Source of the DNA: Candidatus Heimdallarchaeota archaeon | Lineage (GTDB): Archaea; Asgardarchaeota; Heimdallarchaeia; Hodarchaeales; Hodarchaeaceae | NCBI GenBank assembly: GCA_048881705.1 | Contig: JBHLSH010000084.1 | Coordinates: forward strand, 1-15,858 | Direction of reading: 5' to 3' | DNA length: 15,858 bases | Part shown: piece by piece, positions 14,219 to 15,858 of the stretch | How positions within the stretch are numbered: position 1 is the stretch's first letter | Layout: each line of letters starts with the position of its first letter | The notes under the pieces: model-generated | Databases searched by the model: none | Seen by the model: only the letters and a program-made list of their open reading frames with translations | What the model was told of the DNA's origin: nothing | Translations under genes and position numbers: made by a program

Positions 14219-14261
14219 CACGGATAATTAAAAATCTCCATATGTACTCCTGTGGAAGGAG

Positions 14262-14864
14262 TCACCAATTTTTCTTTATTTCCGCAATTGTTTCTGCATC
14301 CATTCCTTGGTCACGCTCACGTAACCTCTCAATAATATTCGATAATACTCTTCTAGAGAGGTTCTGACCGAATTTGATTTTGACGCTAATTTCCACTGGA
14401 TCTATCCTGTAAACAGCAACACCTGTCATTTCGTTTCTATAGATTCGTTCAGTCACGTTTATTGGAACGATCTTTCCTTCAGGCTGATGCTTAATCATCA
14501 GTTTTTGGAGTGCCTCGGCCTTCTCCTCAACGTCGATTACAATGGATCCCGTTCCGCGAATGTGGACAGATTTAAAGAATTGGGTTGCAAAACTCGCTGA
14601 CCTCTTACTCTGCCAGTAGGAAGGAATGAAGGAATAAGGGATATCCACTGAAAAGGTCACTTTTGGAGCTTCCCTTAGGAGATCAAATTTCTCGCCTTCT
14701 TGGGCTCCGTGGAAATAGATAATATCGTTTACTAGTACAAAGTTAAGAGGAACGATGCGTGGATAACCATTACTGTCAACAAGTCCAAGATGTCCGACGT
14801 TTGCCTCCGCCATGATCTTCAGATATTCTTCTGGATCTGTACTCGCGAACTCACTGCGTCTCAT
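14262..14864 (-). CDS. Pyridoxamine 5'-phosphate oxidase-like / NimA-family flavin-binding protein
   Basis: GHLGLVDSNGYPRIVPLNFV...IYFHGAQEGEKFDLL...KVTFSV...FKSVHIRG split-barrel flavoprotein pattern. Confidence 0.88.
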   Translation of the reverse strand: MRRSEFASTDPEEYLKIMAEANVGHLGLVDSNGYPRIVPLNFVLVNDIIYFHGAQEGEKFDLLREAPKVTFSVDIPYSFIPSYWQSKRSASFATQFFKSVHIRGTGSIVIDVEEKAEALQKLMIKHQPEGKIVPINVTERIYRNEMTGVAVYRIDPVEISVKIKFGQNLSRRVLSNIIERLRERDQGMDAETIAEIKKNW

Positions 14865-14896
14865 TTCATTTCCATCCTATAATAGACCCACGAGAG

Positions 14897-15703
14897 TTAT
14901 ACACTTTTGAAATTTGGCTCTCGGTTTTCCATATTAGCCATGAAGGCTTCTATGGTATCTTCAGATTTCAATAATTCCAATTGGGCAAGTTTTTCCAATA
15001 ATAGAGCCCGATCTAAATCGAGACCATATACTTGGTCTATTAATCTCTTTGCAATCCCAAGGGCAAGAGGAGCATTTCTCAACAATCTATGGGAAAGTTC
15101 ATTGGCCTTGGCTAGCAGTTCTCCCTCAGGAACAACCCAATCCACCAAATCATACTTTAAAGCTTTTTGCGCCGACCATTTTTCCGCGAACATTATGATT
15201 TTTCTTGCAACGCTGGTACCTAACATCCTGACTAGGCGTGTTGTTCCTCCTAGGTCTGGAATAACCCCAAGTGCGGTTTCCAGTAAACCTACCTTTGCAT
15301 TTTCCGTCATAACCCGGAAATCACAGGCCAAGGCAAGTTCGAGACCTGCTCCATAGGCATAGCCATCAATTAACGCAATGGTGGGTTTTTCGATTTTTTC
15401 AACCTTATTAAACGAGTTTTGAGCAATGGTTTGGAAATGTTTTATGGTGGTCAAATTCGATTCTTGGACGGCCTGGCCCAGCTCAACTACATCGATGCCA
15501 GATGAAAAAATCTCTCGATTATTGTGTTGACACCCTTTTACAAAAACCATGCGTATGTGACGGTTACTTTGCAAAGAAGTGAAGACATCATCTATCGCCT
15601 CAAACATGGCAGTATTTAAGGCATTACGTTTTTCAGGTCGGTTCAATGAGACTGTAACCGTATATCCTTCCTTTTCTACTAGTAATAATGGTTTTGAGCT
15701 CAT
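14897..15703 (-). CDS. Enoyl-CoA hydratase/isomerase (crotonase superfamily)
   Basis: LNRPEKRNALN, FSSGIDV, KPTIALIDGYAYGAGLELALACDFR, LLETALGVIPDLGGTTRL, APLALGIAKRL. GAGGTG RBS upstream of ATG 15703. Confidence 0.95.
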   Translation of the reverse strand: MSSKPLLLVEKEGYTVTVSLNRPEKRNALNTAMFEAIDDVFTSLQSNRHIRMVFVKGCQHNNREIFSSGIDVVELGQAVQESNLTTIKHFQTIAQNSFNKVEKIEKPTIALIDGYAYGAGLELALACDFRVMTENAKVGLLETALGVIPDLGGTTRLVRMLGTSVARKIIMFAEKWSAQKALKYDLVDWVVPEGELLAKANELSHRLLRNAPLALGIAKRLIDQVYGLDLDRALLLEKLAQLELLKSEDTIEAFMANMENREPNFKSV

Positions 15704-15858
15704 TCAGAGACACCTCTTGGGGATAAATCAAATGGACTTGGATAAAATTGGGTGAATCGTTCTAAGAAGGGATAAAGAATTTCTATCCCAAATTACCTTC
15801 AAGGATTTGAGGTATTGATTTAATTTCAATGAAGGAAGGCTTTGTTCCCGAGATGGAA

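Noticed and set aside
14907-15356. 149-aa plus-strand ORF
   Set aside because: Antisense shadow of the crotonase gene.
15704-15858. Possible 3' end of an upstream minus-strand gene (frames ending ...PQILEGNLG* or ...HPILSKSI*)
   Set aside because: Too short to tell which frame, if any, is coding.
1-15858. CRISPR arrays, tRNA/rRNA, IS elements or integrases, recoding signals
   Set aside because: No regularly spaced DNA repeats, cloverleaf or rRNA-like segments, transposase motifs or split reading frames were seen.

Overview
Gene-dense window with 15 supported CDSs, probably archaeal. GGTGA/GAGGTG ribosome-binding sites, TATA-like boxes, a tungsten-type aldehyde:ferredoxin oxidoreductase, a stand-alone longin-like protein and a CTERM-like anchored surface protein together suggest an Asgard (Heimdallarchaeia/Hodarchaeales-like) genome; this is inference. 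1-6102 is an aldehyde-centred metabolic cluster: class-III aminotransferase (runs off the left edge and is missing from the ORF track), a small conserved unknown protein, an LsrG-like ABM protein, two different Fe-ADHs, an SCP2 protein and AOR. 6321-9670 holds an 800-aa VWA surface protein with two membrane anchors, tail-to-tail with a MinD/ParA-fold protein whose Walker A motif is destroyed. 9889-15703 holds fadD, the longin-like protein, a 7-repeat LVIVD propeller, a VOC protein, a PNPOx/NimA-like flavoprotein and a crotonase. No rRNA, tRNA, CRISPR array or mobile element was recognised. Best leads: the MinD-like pseudo-ATPase with its VWA neighbour, the orphan longin with a His/Cys tail, and the aminotransferase/ADH/SCP2/AOR cluster. 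All family calls come from motif recognition by eye; no searches were run.
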